Source: a virus (lineage: Duplodnaviria; Caudoviricetes). Taken from it: a stretch of 64,000 bases of DNA. Shown piece after piece: positions 19,531-28,272 of the stretch. The position numbers and the translations under genes are program-made. The stretch covers positions 32,001 through 96,000 of IMG/VR virus record IMGVR_UViG_3300029288_000076. The stretch is one strand, 5' to 3'. The notes beneath the pieces were generated by a model. The model did not search any database. It saw only the letters and a list, made by a program, of their open reading frames with translations, and was not told the origin of the DNA. Each line of letters begins with the position of its first letter. The stretch's first letter is position 1.

Positions 19531-19595
19531 AATTGACTTGTTATAAGTCTATTTTGCTAGTTTTAAAATATAATAATATAAGGAGGATTTTAGAA

Positions 19596-19814
19596 ATGAC
19601 TAAAGATCAAGAAGTTTTGAGATTATGTTGTGAGTTTCTAATGATCATTTACTATAGAACTCCAGTAGAAAAAAGAGAAGAAGTTTTAATTAAACAATGC
19701 AAAACTATAGCTGACTTGTGCGGGATGAGATTGCCAAATAAATATAAATTCACAAGAGAAGAATTAGATAAGATAAAAGGATTAGGAATTGAAGAAAAAA
19801 GTATTCTAAATTAA
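19596..19814 (+). CDS. Hypothetical 72-aa protein divergent from the ART gene
   Basis: AGGAGG SD, ATG at 19596; the longer track ORF is a shadow. Confidence 0.55.
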   Translation: MTKDQEVLRLCCEFLMIIYYRTPVEKREEVLIKQCKTIADLCGMRLPNKYKFTREELDKIKGLGIEEKSILN

Positions 19815-19883
19815 AAAAGCATATAATAAAATTTTTATATAATAAATAGTAATTTTAATTAAAAAATTATAATATTAAAAAGG

Positions 19884-19912
19884 TTTATTTCTTCATTTAA
19901 CTTATATATAAT
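19884..19912 (+). promoter_or_regulatory. Early sigma70-like promoter P1
   Basis: TTTATT-17-TATAAT within the conserved TTATATATAAT motif repeated at 24.8, 28.25 and 33.5 kb. Confidence 0.7.
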
Positions 19913-19926
19913 TATAATCACAATAA

Positions 19927-19960
19927 GGAAGAAGATAGTCTTCCAAAGTTCTTTGAAAAC
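19927..19960 (+). promoter_or_regulatory. boxB-like hairpin plus boxA (rrn-type antitermination signal)
   Basis: GGAAGA/TCTTCC hairpin at 19927-19944, then GTTCTTTGAAAAC at 19948-19960. Confidence 0.65.
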
Positions 19961-20059
19961 ACTAGCAAAAGATAAAACGAACCGAGAAAGTCTTTATCTT
20001 GTATGCTAAGTAAATAAGAAATTAGAAGTGGACTTTTCTCAATCCTTAGGAGGAACAAA

Positions 20060-20407
20060 ATGAAATGCTATAACTGCCAAAAGGAAATTCACAAAACATC
20101 TATCTCAGTTCCTGTTCACCACTCAGATGATCCTTATGAAGAATTTTGTATTCCTTGTGCAAGGGAAGCGGGAGTAGATGAAGCTGATATAATTGCAGCA
20201 TCTGATAGCCTTCACACAAGAGAAGAAATTCTTCAGATTGTAGAAGAAACGGGAATAAAGCTGACGTGAGATTGGTGCAAGTGCGTTCCCAGCAAGAATC
20301 CTGTAGATGATTTTCTTTTCTATGCTGGCGATGATGAATGCACATGTGGAGTTAAAAAACATCACATTCATTGCTCCAAATGTGGAAAGGTCACGCAAGT
20401 TGGTTAA
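20060..20407 (+). CDS. Cys/His-rich zinc-binding protein interrupted by an in-frame TGA (20267-20269)
   Basis: 69 aa, TGA, then 45 more in-frame codons (DWCKC...CTCGVKKHHIHCSKCG) with no start of their own. Confidence 0.55.
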
Positions 20408-20437
20408 CTTTTAAATCTCAACTTTTAGGAGAGAGAG

Positions 20438-20557
20438 ATGGAACATGAATATCATGTATGTCTAAAATGCTTTGATGAAATCACACCAAAAGATTATGAA
20501 ACGTTCTTCATCGTGGAACCTGACCATTGTGATTTCTATGGTTGGCATAAAGATTAA
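20438..20557 (+). CDS. 39-aa CxxC peptide
   Basis: AGGAG SD; MEHEYHVCLKC... Confidence 0.45.
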   Translation: MEHEYHVCLKCFDEITPKDYETFFIVEPDHCDFYGWHKD

Positions 20558-20609
20558 AGATGTTGACCACCTCAATCCAATAAGGGTTGAGGAAAGTTCA
20601 CTTCTAATA

Positions 20610-20880
20610 GAGAAACAGTTTCCTTCAACTCTTACAAGGAGAAAGGAAAATGTCTGATAGAACACCAAACATGAGGTGGATTGATATTACTAAGAGGCCT
20701 AACTGTTGTGCTACTTGTAGATTTAGACAAGAAGAGAATTTTGTTGGAAGACTTGATCCCAAATATATTTGCGAATATGATCCTCAAGAACCCATCTTTG
20801 CATTTACTATTTGTGATCATTTTGAAAGAAAGTAATATCAACCTCTTCAACCTGCTAAGGATTGAAGGAAACTGTTTCTC
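20610..20880 (+). repeat. Long-range inverted repeat 2 (25 bp, 1 mismatch)
   Basis: 20610-20634 pairs with 20856-20880. Confidence 0.9.
20650..20835 (+). CDS. Small Cys-rich protein
   Basis: CCATC...C...C; SD upstream; enclosed by stem 2. Confidence 0.6.
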   Translation: MSDRTPNMRWIDITKRPNCCATCRFRQEENFVGRLDPKYICEYDPQEPIFAFTICDHFERK

Positions 20881-20882
20881 AA

Positions 20883-21237
20883 AGATAAGAATTTTGTAGA
20901 GCCTTCATAACAACTCCTCTGAGAAATCAAGAGCTGGTAACTCTTAGAAAATGCTGTTGAAGGTTCAACAGTGTAAGTATCAAACAAAGGACGGACACCA
21001 ACACAACACTCGCTGACAAAATATCGTGAAAAGGTTACAATGTTGTGATGTAACTTAACAAAAGGTAAATTGGTCATTTGAAATCTATCTTACCAAAGAT
21101 AAGAAAAGTTGATTCATAACCAGTTTCAACTAAGTAAAATGATAAATCAATCTCCTATTCGACGAGTGAACAAATTGAAAAAGAATCAGATATGTTGTGT
21201 TTCTGATTGTTATGAAGGTTCTGTAAAGTTCTTATCT
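20883..21237 (+). ncRNA. Unrecognised 355-nt structured ncRNA
   Basis: 31-bp terminal helix (20883-20913/21207-21237, 4 G-U), many internal hairpins, no plus-strand ORF in the track. Confidence 0.7.
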
Positions 21238-21238
21238 G

Positions 21239-21508
21239 TTCTCCTTTTAGTTGAACTCTTTTCAATGGAGGAAATTTAAAATGTCAAGACATACTCTTGC
21301 AGAGATCAAGGAAAAAGCACAAGAAATTCGCGATGAAATGAGAAAGATTGAGGTTGGTACAAGGAAGAATTGTTCTGCTGAAGATGCATCAAAATATATC
21401 AAAACTATCGGCGAAAGATTTGATGATCTTCTTGCTTTCATTCTCGGTGACGAAAACAGCTAATAAGTTAAAGGAACTCTCGTAAAGAGAGTTCCACTAA
21501 AAGGAGAA
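21239..21508 (+). repeat. Long-range inverted repeat 4 (24 bp)
   Basis: 21239-21262 pairs with 21485-21508. Confidence 0.85.
21281..21463 (+). CDS. Small helical hypothetical protein
   Basis: GGAGG SD, ATG at 21281; enclosed by stem 4. Confidence 0.6.
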   Translation: MSRHTLAEIKEKAQEIRDEMRKIEVGTRKNCSAEDASKYIKTIGERFDDLLAFILGDENS

Positions 21509-21515
21509 ACTTTGT

Positions 21516-21647
21516 GGGTTGGTGGTGTAACGGTAGCACGGGTGAAGGGAAGCAATAATGAAAGTATTTGTCTCTGGCCAGATAAATATAAGTAGTTATT
21601 GTGGATCGGAACCAGGTATCAGGTTCGAGTCCTGGTCCAACCGGCCA
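21516..21647 (+). ncRNA. tRNA-like RNA with a ~70-nt extended anticodon arm and encoded CCA
   Basis: Acceptor GGTTGG/CCAACC, D arm GTGT-AACGGTA-GCAC, T loop TTCGAGT, 3' GCCA. Confidence 0.75.
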
Positions 21648-22108
21648 ATTAATTAAGGAGAATCAAATGTATATTAATTTAAATATTTTTGACATTATTC
21701 AAGTAATTGGAATAATTGTTATTATTATAGTCATGCTTATAGCTATTATAATTTTTAAATAGGTGATTAAAAATGTCTCTTACTAAAAAAGAAATTCAAA
21801 CAGGAATAGAAATTCTTGAAAAGTTAATTGGTCCTGGTAATTATTATGAATTCAATCAAGTAGTTAATTCTGTAGATACTATCGAAGCAATAGAAACTAC
21901 ACTTTCTTATTTGCAACTTCTTAGAGATGAGGAGGAATAAAAATGGAAAACTTATTTGGCACACAAACTGAACTTGTAATCGTTGCTTGTGGAAATCTCT
22001 TTTTGATCTTCATTCTCGTTATCAAAGCCGTCGTCAACGATTATCATGTTAATGAACTCAAAGAAAGAATTGAAAAGTTAGAAGATAAAAAGGCTAAGGA
22101 GGAATAAA

Positions 22109-22315
22109 ATGACCAAAATACAGAAAATTCAGAAGTATCGTAGAGAAATTGATCAGATCAAAGATCAGATCAATGAGATCAGAACTCAGGTCCCTATTGA
22201 GCATCCTCTCATGATCGAACTCAAGAAAAAACTCAATCGAGTCAAACATAATCTTGCTCGACTTGAAAGAGAGGAAGTTGAAGGAACCGTTGGCCTTCAG
22301 AGTTTGTTTACATAA
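22109..22315 (+). CDS. Small coiled-coil protein
   Basis: AGGAGG SD; heptad pattern. Confidence 0.55.
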   Translation: MTKIQKIQKYRREIDQIKDQINEIRTQVPIEHPLMIELKKKLNRVKHNLARLEREEVEGTVGLQSLFT

Positions 22316-22328
22316 ATTTGATGAAAAT

Positions 22329-22446
22329 AGAGATAAAATAGGATTAAGCAATTGGTTATAAGCAAGGTACGGAACTAGAGGAGCGGAAGCAAAGATACTA
22401 GGAATGTTTCTTGATACTAACTTAGGTTGCACCCTATTTTATCTCT
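22329..22446 (+). ncRNA. Candidate structured RNA, ~118 nt
   Basis: 14-bp perfect closing helix 22329-22342/22433-22446. Confidence 0.55.
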
Positions 22447-22453
22447 CGCTTAT

Positions 22454-22630
22454 GAGCATGGAAAGGTGTGGAAACTAAGTAACAAGGTTGGTATCTTGCG
22501 AAAGGAAGAAAGGGCATGAAAGCCTACAGTAATCTAGGAGATGAGGACTCTTGTAAACCATACAAGACTTGCTCGCTGATGATTCGGGTGCTAAGACAGA
22601 TAAATCAAATACTTTCCCCTTTCCATGCTC
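22454..22630 (+). ncRNA. Candidate structured RNA, ~177 nt
   Basis: 13-bp closing helix 22454-22466/22618-22630, extended by GGAAA/TTTCC; internal hairpins. Confidence 0.55.
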
Positions 22631-22884
22631 TCTTTATACTTTAGGAGAAACAAATGCTACAATACAAAGTCGTAATTCGTAGTTATCGTTATTCACCTAT
22701 GACAGTAAGCGAAGAGCTTTTAGCAACATTCAAGTATTTTAATGAAGCTGCTAAATATGCCAACGACTATTTCGAAGAGCATATCAAATTAAACTTTACT
22801 AAAAACGTCACCATCTCAATCAGAGATACTCTCAAAGGTGAAGGAGCTCCTGATTGTTTAGTTCTTAAACTTACGTAGACACCA

Positions 22885-22959
22885 AAGTGGGAGGAAATGA
22901 TAATTAAGTGAAAGTTAATAATACAGTTAGTAACTTAATCGAACAGAGTACTCCCACTT
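22885..22959 (+). ncRNA. Candidate 75-nt hairpin RNA with two GAA/AGUA motifs
   Basis: AAGTGGGAG/CTCCCACTT and ATTAAGT/ACTTAAT helices. Confidence 0.5.
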
Positions 22960-23689
22960 CCAATTTCAAAATATAATATGGAAATATATTATGAATTTTT
23001 ATCAAAAATTAGACCAAGTAATCGAAGATAATACTAAACACTATTGTATTCTATGTAAAGAAATAAACTATCAGAAAAATATGCATTATGAAAAAAGACT
23101 TAAAATTTCGAATATTGGAAGAGGAATACATAATTTGTATTTAGATGATATTGAAGGTTGGATATGTAATATTCACCCAAATAGTTTTTTTATTATAGAA
23201 AAAGATTAAAATAATATAAGGAGAAAAAGAAATGAAACATAACACCAATGATCATGACGCTGAAACTGCTAAGTGTGAAATTGAATGGACAATAACAGCA
23301 ACTTGTCCAAACTGCGATACTGAAATTAAGAAAACAGCCGCTTGGTTTCCTTGGGCAGATGAGATAATTATTTGTCCAGAGTGCAAGATACATGTAACAT
23401 GTATATTTAGGAGATAAAAAATGTATATTGTAATGTCAAGAGGCGAGCACCTTGAAATTGCTTTCTATCTTTTTAACAAAAATTCCCTCATGATCGATTG
23501 GATTAATGCTCATAAGAAACTGCATCCAACTAGGAAAGTTATTTCTGTTGACTATAATCCAACTACAAGAGAAATGTTTAAAGACGGAAAGCTACAAGGA
23601 AAGATCTCTACTAATGTCTTTATCAATGACAGGATTGGAGAGACTTACAACAACTTTGCTCTTGGGACTTAAATCAAGGAGAAAAAGAA

Positions 23690-24034
23690 ATGAGTTATGA
23701 TGTTGAATTAAGAGACAAAGAAGCTAATCTTTGCAAAGTCCCACGATTTGATGAAGGTGGAATCAGAATCATTAATCTTGAAGACGGCTCCAGTGGGACA
23801 GAATTTGCTGAACTCAACGTGACTTACAACTATACTAAGTTCTTTAACTTTAGAAGTCTTAATGGAAGAAAAGCTAATGATACTATTAAAGAACTTTCAG
23901 TAGCAGTTGAGCTACTTGGAACTATTCAAGATGAAAACTATTGGGCTAAGACGTCTGGCAATGCGGGTTATGCCTGTGACATTCTTCTTGGGTGGGCTCG
24001 ACTTCACCCAGAAGCTATTTGGGATGTGAATTAA
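23690..24034 (+). CDS. Conserved phage hypothetical protein
   Basis: MSYDV...NVTYNY...YW....GN...A..HP pattern. Confidence 0.55.
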   Translation: MSYDVELRDKEANLCKVPRFDEGGIRIINLEDGSSGTEFAELNVTYNYTKFFNFRSLNGRKANDTIKELSVAVELLGTIQDENYWAKTSGNAGYACDILLGWARLHPEAIWDVN

Positions 24035-24046
24035 AAAAGGATAAAA

Positions 24047-24238
24047 ATGATATTTTCAGTAAATATTTTCAAAGCTGAAAGAGAAGGTTCTATAGCAATA
24101 GTAAATGAAACTGCTTCTTTCAGCACTCTTGACGATGCTCTCTAGTATCTTTTCTCTAAAACAGAAAAAATAATAAAAAGCAAAGAAGCAAGAAACTTTC
24201 GCGGGATTGAAATTGTTGATACAAAAGTTGAAGTATAA
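24047..24238 (+). pseudogene. Small ORF interrupted by an in-frame TAG (24143-24145)
   Basis: MIFSVNIF...STLDDAL*YLFSKTEK...VEV; fills the intergenic gap. Confidence 0.4.
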
Positions 24239-24792
24239 TAAACACGGAGGTAAAAAATGGATGTTTTAACTTTATTTATTCTTTGTGCTATATCTGCTAT
24301 CGGAGGTTGTGTTTTAGGATGGTGGCTAAAAGAAAATAATAGTTTCAAAAAAGAAATGCAGGAACTCGATGAATCTATAGCATATGGCTGGAAAAAAATT
24401 AAACAATTTGAAATCATGACCGCTGAAGAATGGGCTCCTTATTGCAGACTCAATTGGTATAGCCAGTTTCTTAATTGCTACTATACTGTTATAGATTAAT
24501 TGGAGGAAGAAATGGAAGTTGAACTTACTTACAAGGGCTTTGCAGGACATGATGTTGACATCTATGATAAAGACACAGGAGAAAAGATCGGTTATGTCCA
24601 GTACTCTATTGATTGGCAAACAGGTGAAAGGTATATCTCCTTTTCTGGAGGTGATGATTTCAAAGAGTATACTGCTGTATTTGCTCCAAAAGAAGAAGAG
24701 TAGTTTCAAACGAGTAGCTCTTGAGAAATTGAGAGCTACTACTTGAACCTATTTAGATTAAGAAATTATAATATTGAAACTTAATTTTTTAG

Positions 24793-24821
24793 TTTTTATT
24801 TTGTAATAACTTATATATAAT
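24793..24821 (+). promoter_or_regulatory. Early promoter P2
   Basis: TTTATTT...CTTATATATAATATAA. Confidence 0.6.
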
Positions 24822-24828
24822 ATAAATC

Positions 24829-25056
24829 ATGGAAAAAGAAATTCACATTTTCATGGTAGAACTTACCAAAGAAGAAATTCAAAAACTTGAACAAGAAGCT
24901 ATTAAATATGGATCCGAAGCTGATTATGTTATGAATCTTATAAGAAAAGGTCTATATAAAAAAGTAACTCATTGCCCAGTATGTGGTTTTGAAGTATTAA
25001 AGATACGAAGAAAAAGATTTTGTACTAATCCAGAATGTAAATGGTCTATAGACTAA
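24829..25056 (+). CDS. Ribbon-helix-helix-like DNA-binding protein with C-terminal Zn ribbon
   Basis: FMVELTKEE...ADYVMNLI; CPVC/CTNPEC. Confidence 0.45.
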   Translation: MEKEIHIFMVELTKEEIQKLEQEAIKYGSEADYVMNLIRKGLYKKVTHCPVCGFEVLKIRRKRFCTNPECKWSID

Positions 25057-25059
25057 ATC

Positions 25060-26427
25060 ATGAACCTTGAAACAATAAAAAATAACCACCTAAATAAACT
25101 CACAGACAATGGCTTTGAAGCTTATATCGTTGGCGGAGCAGTTAGGGATATATTATCTAACATCACTCCATCAGATTTTGATATAGCCACAAACGCATCT
25201 CCTGATGATATAACAATCATTTTCAGAGATTCTAATATTGACTTTGTTGGAAAATCATTTGGTGTTTCTATTGTTGATGGACTAGAAATAGCTACTTATC
25301 GTAAAGATAAGTATAATGGTTTTGATAGCAATGATATTGAAATTACTAGAGTCAAAACAATAGAAGAAGATCTAGCTCGTCGAGACTTTACCATTAATGC
25401 AATGGCAATGGATAACAATGGAAATGTTATTGATCCATTTAATGGACAGCAAGACTTAAAAAACAAGATAATTAGATTTGTTGGTGATCCGATAGATAGA
25501 ATTATTGAAGACCCAAATAGGATTATTAGAGCTTGTAGATTTCTTGCAAAAGTCAACGGAACATTTGATGAAAGATCTTTAACAGAAATGAAAAATTATA
25601 TCAATGAATATGGAATCTCTCATATTGCACCTGAGAGAATTAGAATAGAAATATTAAAAGCAATGGAAATCAAAAAAGCATCTAGATTTTTTGAAGCATT
25701 GTATGAAAGTAAAATTCTTGCTTTAATATTTCCTGAGCTTTATAAGTGCTGCGATCATGAACATGGAAATCATCATGAAGAAGATATTTTCAATCACATG
25801 ATGTTAACTGGAGATTCTATAACTACAAAAAATCCACTTTTAAAATTAGCAGGATATTTACATGATATAGGAAAACCTCAATCTTTTGATCACATTAAAA
25901 AAACATTCTATAGTCATCATAGATTTGGAGAAGAAATAGTTATTGGTAATCTTATTGATCTAAAATTTTCCAATAATGAAATTGAATATATAGCAACAAT
26001 AATTAGAACTCATATGATGCAAACTCCAAAAAACCACAAGCATATAAGAAGAACAATAAAGAGGTTTGTTGACAGAAAAGTAGATTATCGCGATTGGCTT
26101 AGAATTAAAATAGCAGATAGGAATGGTAGAATAAGTAATAAATCTTCTTATGCAATATCAGAACTTAAATCTATTTTAAGAAACTTTATAAACTTTAAAG
26201 ATAACATATACGAAGTTATAAAACTTCCTGTTAATGGAAATGATGTGATGAATATATTACATCTAGAACAAAGTAAAGAAGTTGGAAATGTTTTAAAAAA
26301 TTTACTTGACTATGTGATTGAACATGGTGACATAGTTAATAATAGAGACCATTTACTTGAAAAGATTACAAAAGAGGGTAGCAAACTTGTTTCTTATACT
26401 AAACCAACAGATTTACCAAGGGAGTAA
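25060..26427 (+). CDS. cca: Class II CCA-adding tRNA nucleotidyltransferase with HD domain
   Basis: VGGAVRD...DFDIAT, DLARRDFTINAMA, EDPNRIIR, LHDIGK. Confidence 0.9.
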   Translation: MNLETIKNNHLNKLTDNGFEAYIVGGAVRDILSNITPSDFDIATNASPDDITIIFRDSNIDFVGKSFGVSIVDGLEIATYRKDKYNGFDSNDIEITRVKTIEEDLARRDFTINAMAMDNNGNVIDPFNGQQDLKNKIIRFVGDPIDRIIEDPNRIIRACRFLAKVNGTFDERSLTEMKNYINEYGISHIAPERIRIEILKAMEIKKASRFFEALYESKILALIFPELYKCCDHEHGNHHEEDIFNHMMLTGDSITTKNPLLKLAGYLHDIGKPQSFDHIKKTFYSHHRFGEEIVIGNLIDLKFSNNEIEYIATIIRTHMMQTPKNHKHIRRTIKRFVDRKVDYRDWLRIKIADRNGRISNKSSYAISELKSILRNFINFKDNIYEVIKLPVNGNDVMNILHLEQSKEVGNVLKNLLDYVIEHGDIVNNRDHLLEKITKEGSKLVSYTKPTDLPRE

Positions 26428-26431
26428 TAAG

Positions 26432-26890
26432 ATGGAAAGAATATTTAATAAAGAAGATTTAATTCCTGTAAAAGAAGAACGCAGAATGATGAACAATAAT
26501 CGCCGTATGCAATACCTACAAAATTTGAGTGATAGTAAACAAAAAGCTATTTTGCAGGTTAGAAACACTAAAACAGGAAAACAAAAATACGTTCATACAT
26601 ACTCATTGTTCCATTTCCATAAATTCTTGCCTAACGAGATTATGAAAGACTTACAAGCATTTGACTTGTTTACTATAAAAGATGATGCTCAAAATATATT
26701 TATAGCTGTACCAAGTTCTACAACTACAACGACAACTGCTGTACTTTCTTTTGTTAAAAGAAATAAAGGAGCTTATAATTTAAATCACTCTACATTTTTT
26801 AAAAACTATCCAGATAAAACACTTTTCTTTGTAACTTATGATAAAAATAATAATTGGTTTGTATTTGAAAAGATTGAGGAAGAAAAATGA
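26432..26890 (+). CDS. Hypothetical protein, paralogue of 32956..33378
   Basis: KEDLIP..E.RR N-terminus and FF...P..T.F...YD....W.VFEKI C-terminus. Confidence 0.6.
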   Translation: MERIFNKEDLIPVKEERRMMNNNRRMQYLQNLSDSKQKAILQVRNTKTGKQKYVHTYSLFHFHKFLPNEIMKDLQAFDLFTIKDDAQNIFIAVPSSTTTTTTAVLSFVKRNKGAYNLNHSTFFKNYPDKTLFFVTYDKNNNWFVFEKIEEEK

Positions 26891-27126
26891 ACTTGTCACC
26901 CCATACTATTTACTAGTAGAGAAGTAAATGAAAAAAATATTTAACTCAGAAAGAGAACTATTTTTACAAAAAGAAGAAGTTTACAAAATAGAAGATCCTT
27001 ATTCTTGTTGTAACAAAACTGAAGCTCTTGAATATTGTCCCATATGCTATCATCTAAAATCTCAAGTTGAAAAAATTACAAATCTTCAATTCCTTCTTAA
27101 AATTATTGAAAGAGATAGAAAGAAAA

Positions 27127-28008
27127 ATGAACTTAATACAAAATCTTAAATCTCAAAAGTTAATTCAACCACCTGAGTTCTTGGCAGATAATATTCAGTA
27201 TCTTGTCCACATGGGTTCGTTTGCCTACGGAGCATCTACTGAAAGCTCTGACATTGATATTTATGGCTGGTGTATTCCACCTAAAGAAGATATCTTTCCT
27301 CATCTTCGTGGAGAAATTTTTGGTTTTGGTAGACAAAAGAAACGATTTGAACAGTGGCAGCAGCATCACATCAAAACTCAAGACGGAAATAAAGAATACG
27401 ACTTTTCAGTTTATTCTATCATCAAGTATTTTCAATTGGTAATGGAAAATAATCCTAATATGATTGATAGTCTTTTTGTTCCTCAACGGTGTATTCTGCA
27501 TTGTACACAGGTAGGAGATCTTGTCCGCGAAAATAGGAAACTATTCTTGCATAAAGGAGTATGGCCCAAGTTCAAGGGATATAGTTTTTCACAAAAATCT
27601 AAGATGATTAATAAAAATCCAGAAGGAGAACGAAAAAAGATTATTGACGAGTTTGGTTATGATGTTAAGTTTGCTCTTCACCTTGTTCGTCTACTTAATG
27701 AAGTAGAACAGATTATGATTGAAGGTGACCTTGATATTGAACGAAATGCAGAGCAGCTCAAATCAATCAGACGTGGTGAATGGACTTTAGAACAAGTTAT
27801 AGAATACTTCAATACTAAAGAACGAAACCTTGAAACCCTATATACTTCTAGCACATTAAGATGGGGACCAGATGAAAAAGTTATCAAGGAACTTTTGCTT
27901 AAGTGTCTTGAACATCATTATGGATCACTTGATAAATGTATTGTAAAAGAAACTACAGTTGCTGAAGTAATTGATGCTATTCAAGAAACTATTAACAGGT
28001 TTAGATAA
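27127..28008 (+). CDS. Pol-beta superfamily nucleotidyltransferase (PF10127/RlaP-like)
   Basis: GSFAYG...SDIDIYG, NNPNMID, GYDVKFALHLVRLL, LKSIRRG; likely start 27127. Confidence 0.85.
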   Translation: MNLIQNLKSQKLIQPPEFLADNIQYLVHMGSFAYGASTESSDIDIYGWCIPPKEDIFPHLRGEIFGFGRQKKRFEQWQQHHIKTQDGNKEYDFSVYSIIKYFQLVMENNPNMIDSLFVPQRCILHCTQVGDLVRENRKLFLHKGVWPKFKGYSFSQKSKMINKNPEGERKKIIDEFGYDVKFALHLVRLLNEVEQIMIEGDLDIERNAEQLKSIRRGEWTLEQVIEYFNTKERNLETLYTSSTLRWGPDEKVIKELLLKCLEHHYGSLDKCIVKETTVAEVIDAIQETINRFR

Positions 28009-28244
28009 GAGGCAAATTATGTCTACCAAATGGAGAGATAATGTTAACAAAATTAGTGAAGCAAGAAATACTATCGCTAATGTTTTAAACGAACTTCAAC
28101 CAGATTTAAAAGATATGTATGCCGATAATCTTATCGAGGTAATAAACACTCTAGGCGTATTTATTGATGCTTTTTATATGAATGACCTAATGAAATAATT
28201 AGTTTTTAATTAAGAAACTTTAATTTAAAAAGTTAAAAAATAAG

Positions 28245-28272
28245 TTTATTTTCTTTTAAAGTTATATATAAT
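28245..28272 (+). promoter_or_regulatory. Early promoter P3
   Basis: TTTATT-16-TATAAT within GTTATATATAATATAAC. Confidence 0.65.

Larger units (their letters stand above)
20021..20608 (+). repeat. Long-range inverted repeat 1 (28 bp, 3 G-U)
   Basis: 20021-20048 pairs with 20581-20608. Confidence 0.9.

Noticed and set aside
19167-19595. 5' extension of plus-strand ORF 19167..19814
   Set aside because: It overlaps the ART gene antisense; the real start is probably ATG 19596 with an AGGAGG SD.
20021-21508. Inverted repeats interpreted as IS ends, invertible DNA segments or a CRISPR array
   Set aside because: The arms differ between units, mismatches are mostly G-U compatible, and there is no transposase, recombinase or cas gene and no constant repeat-spacer period.
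21516-21647. Calling this a standard tRNA or tmRNA
   Set aside because: There is no assignable anticodon loop; it is too short for tmRNA and retains a full D arm.
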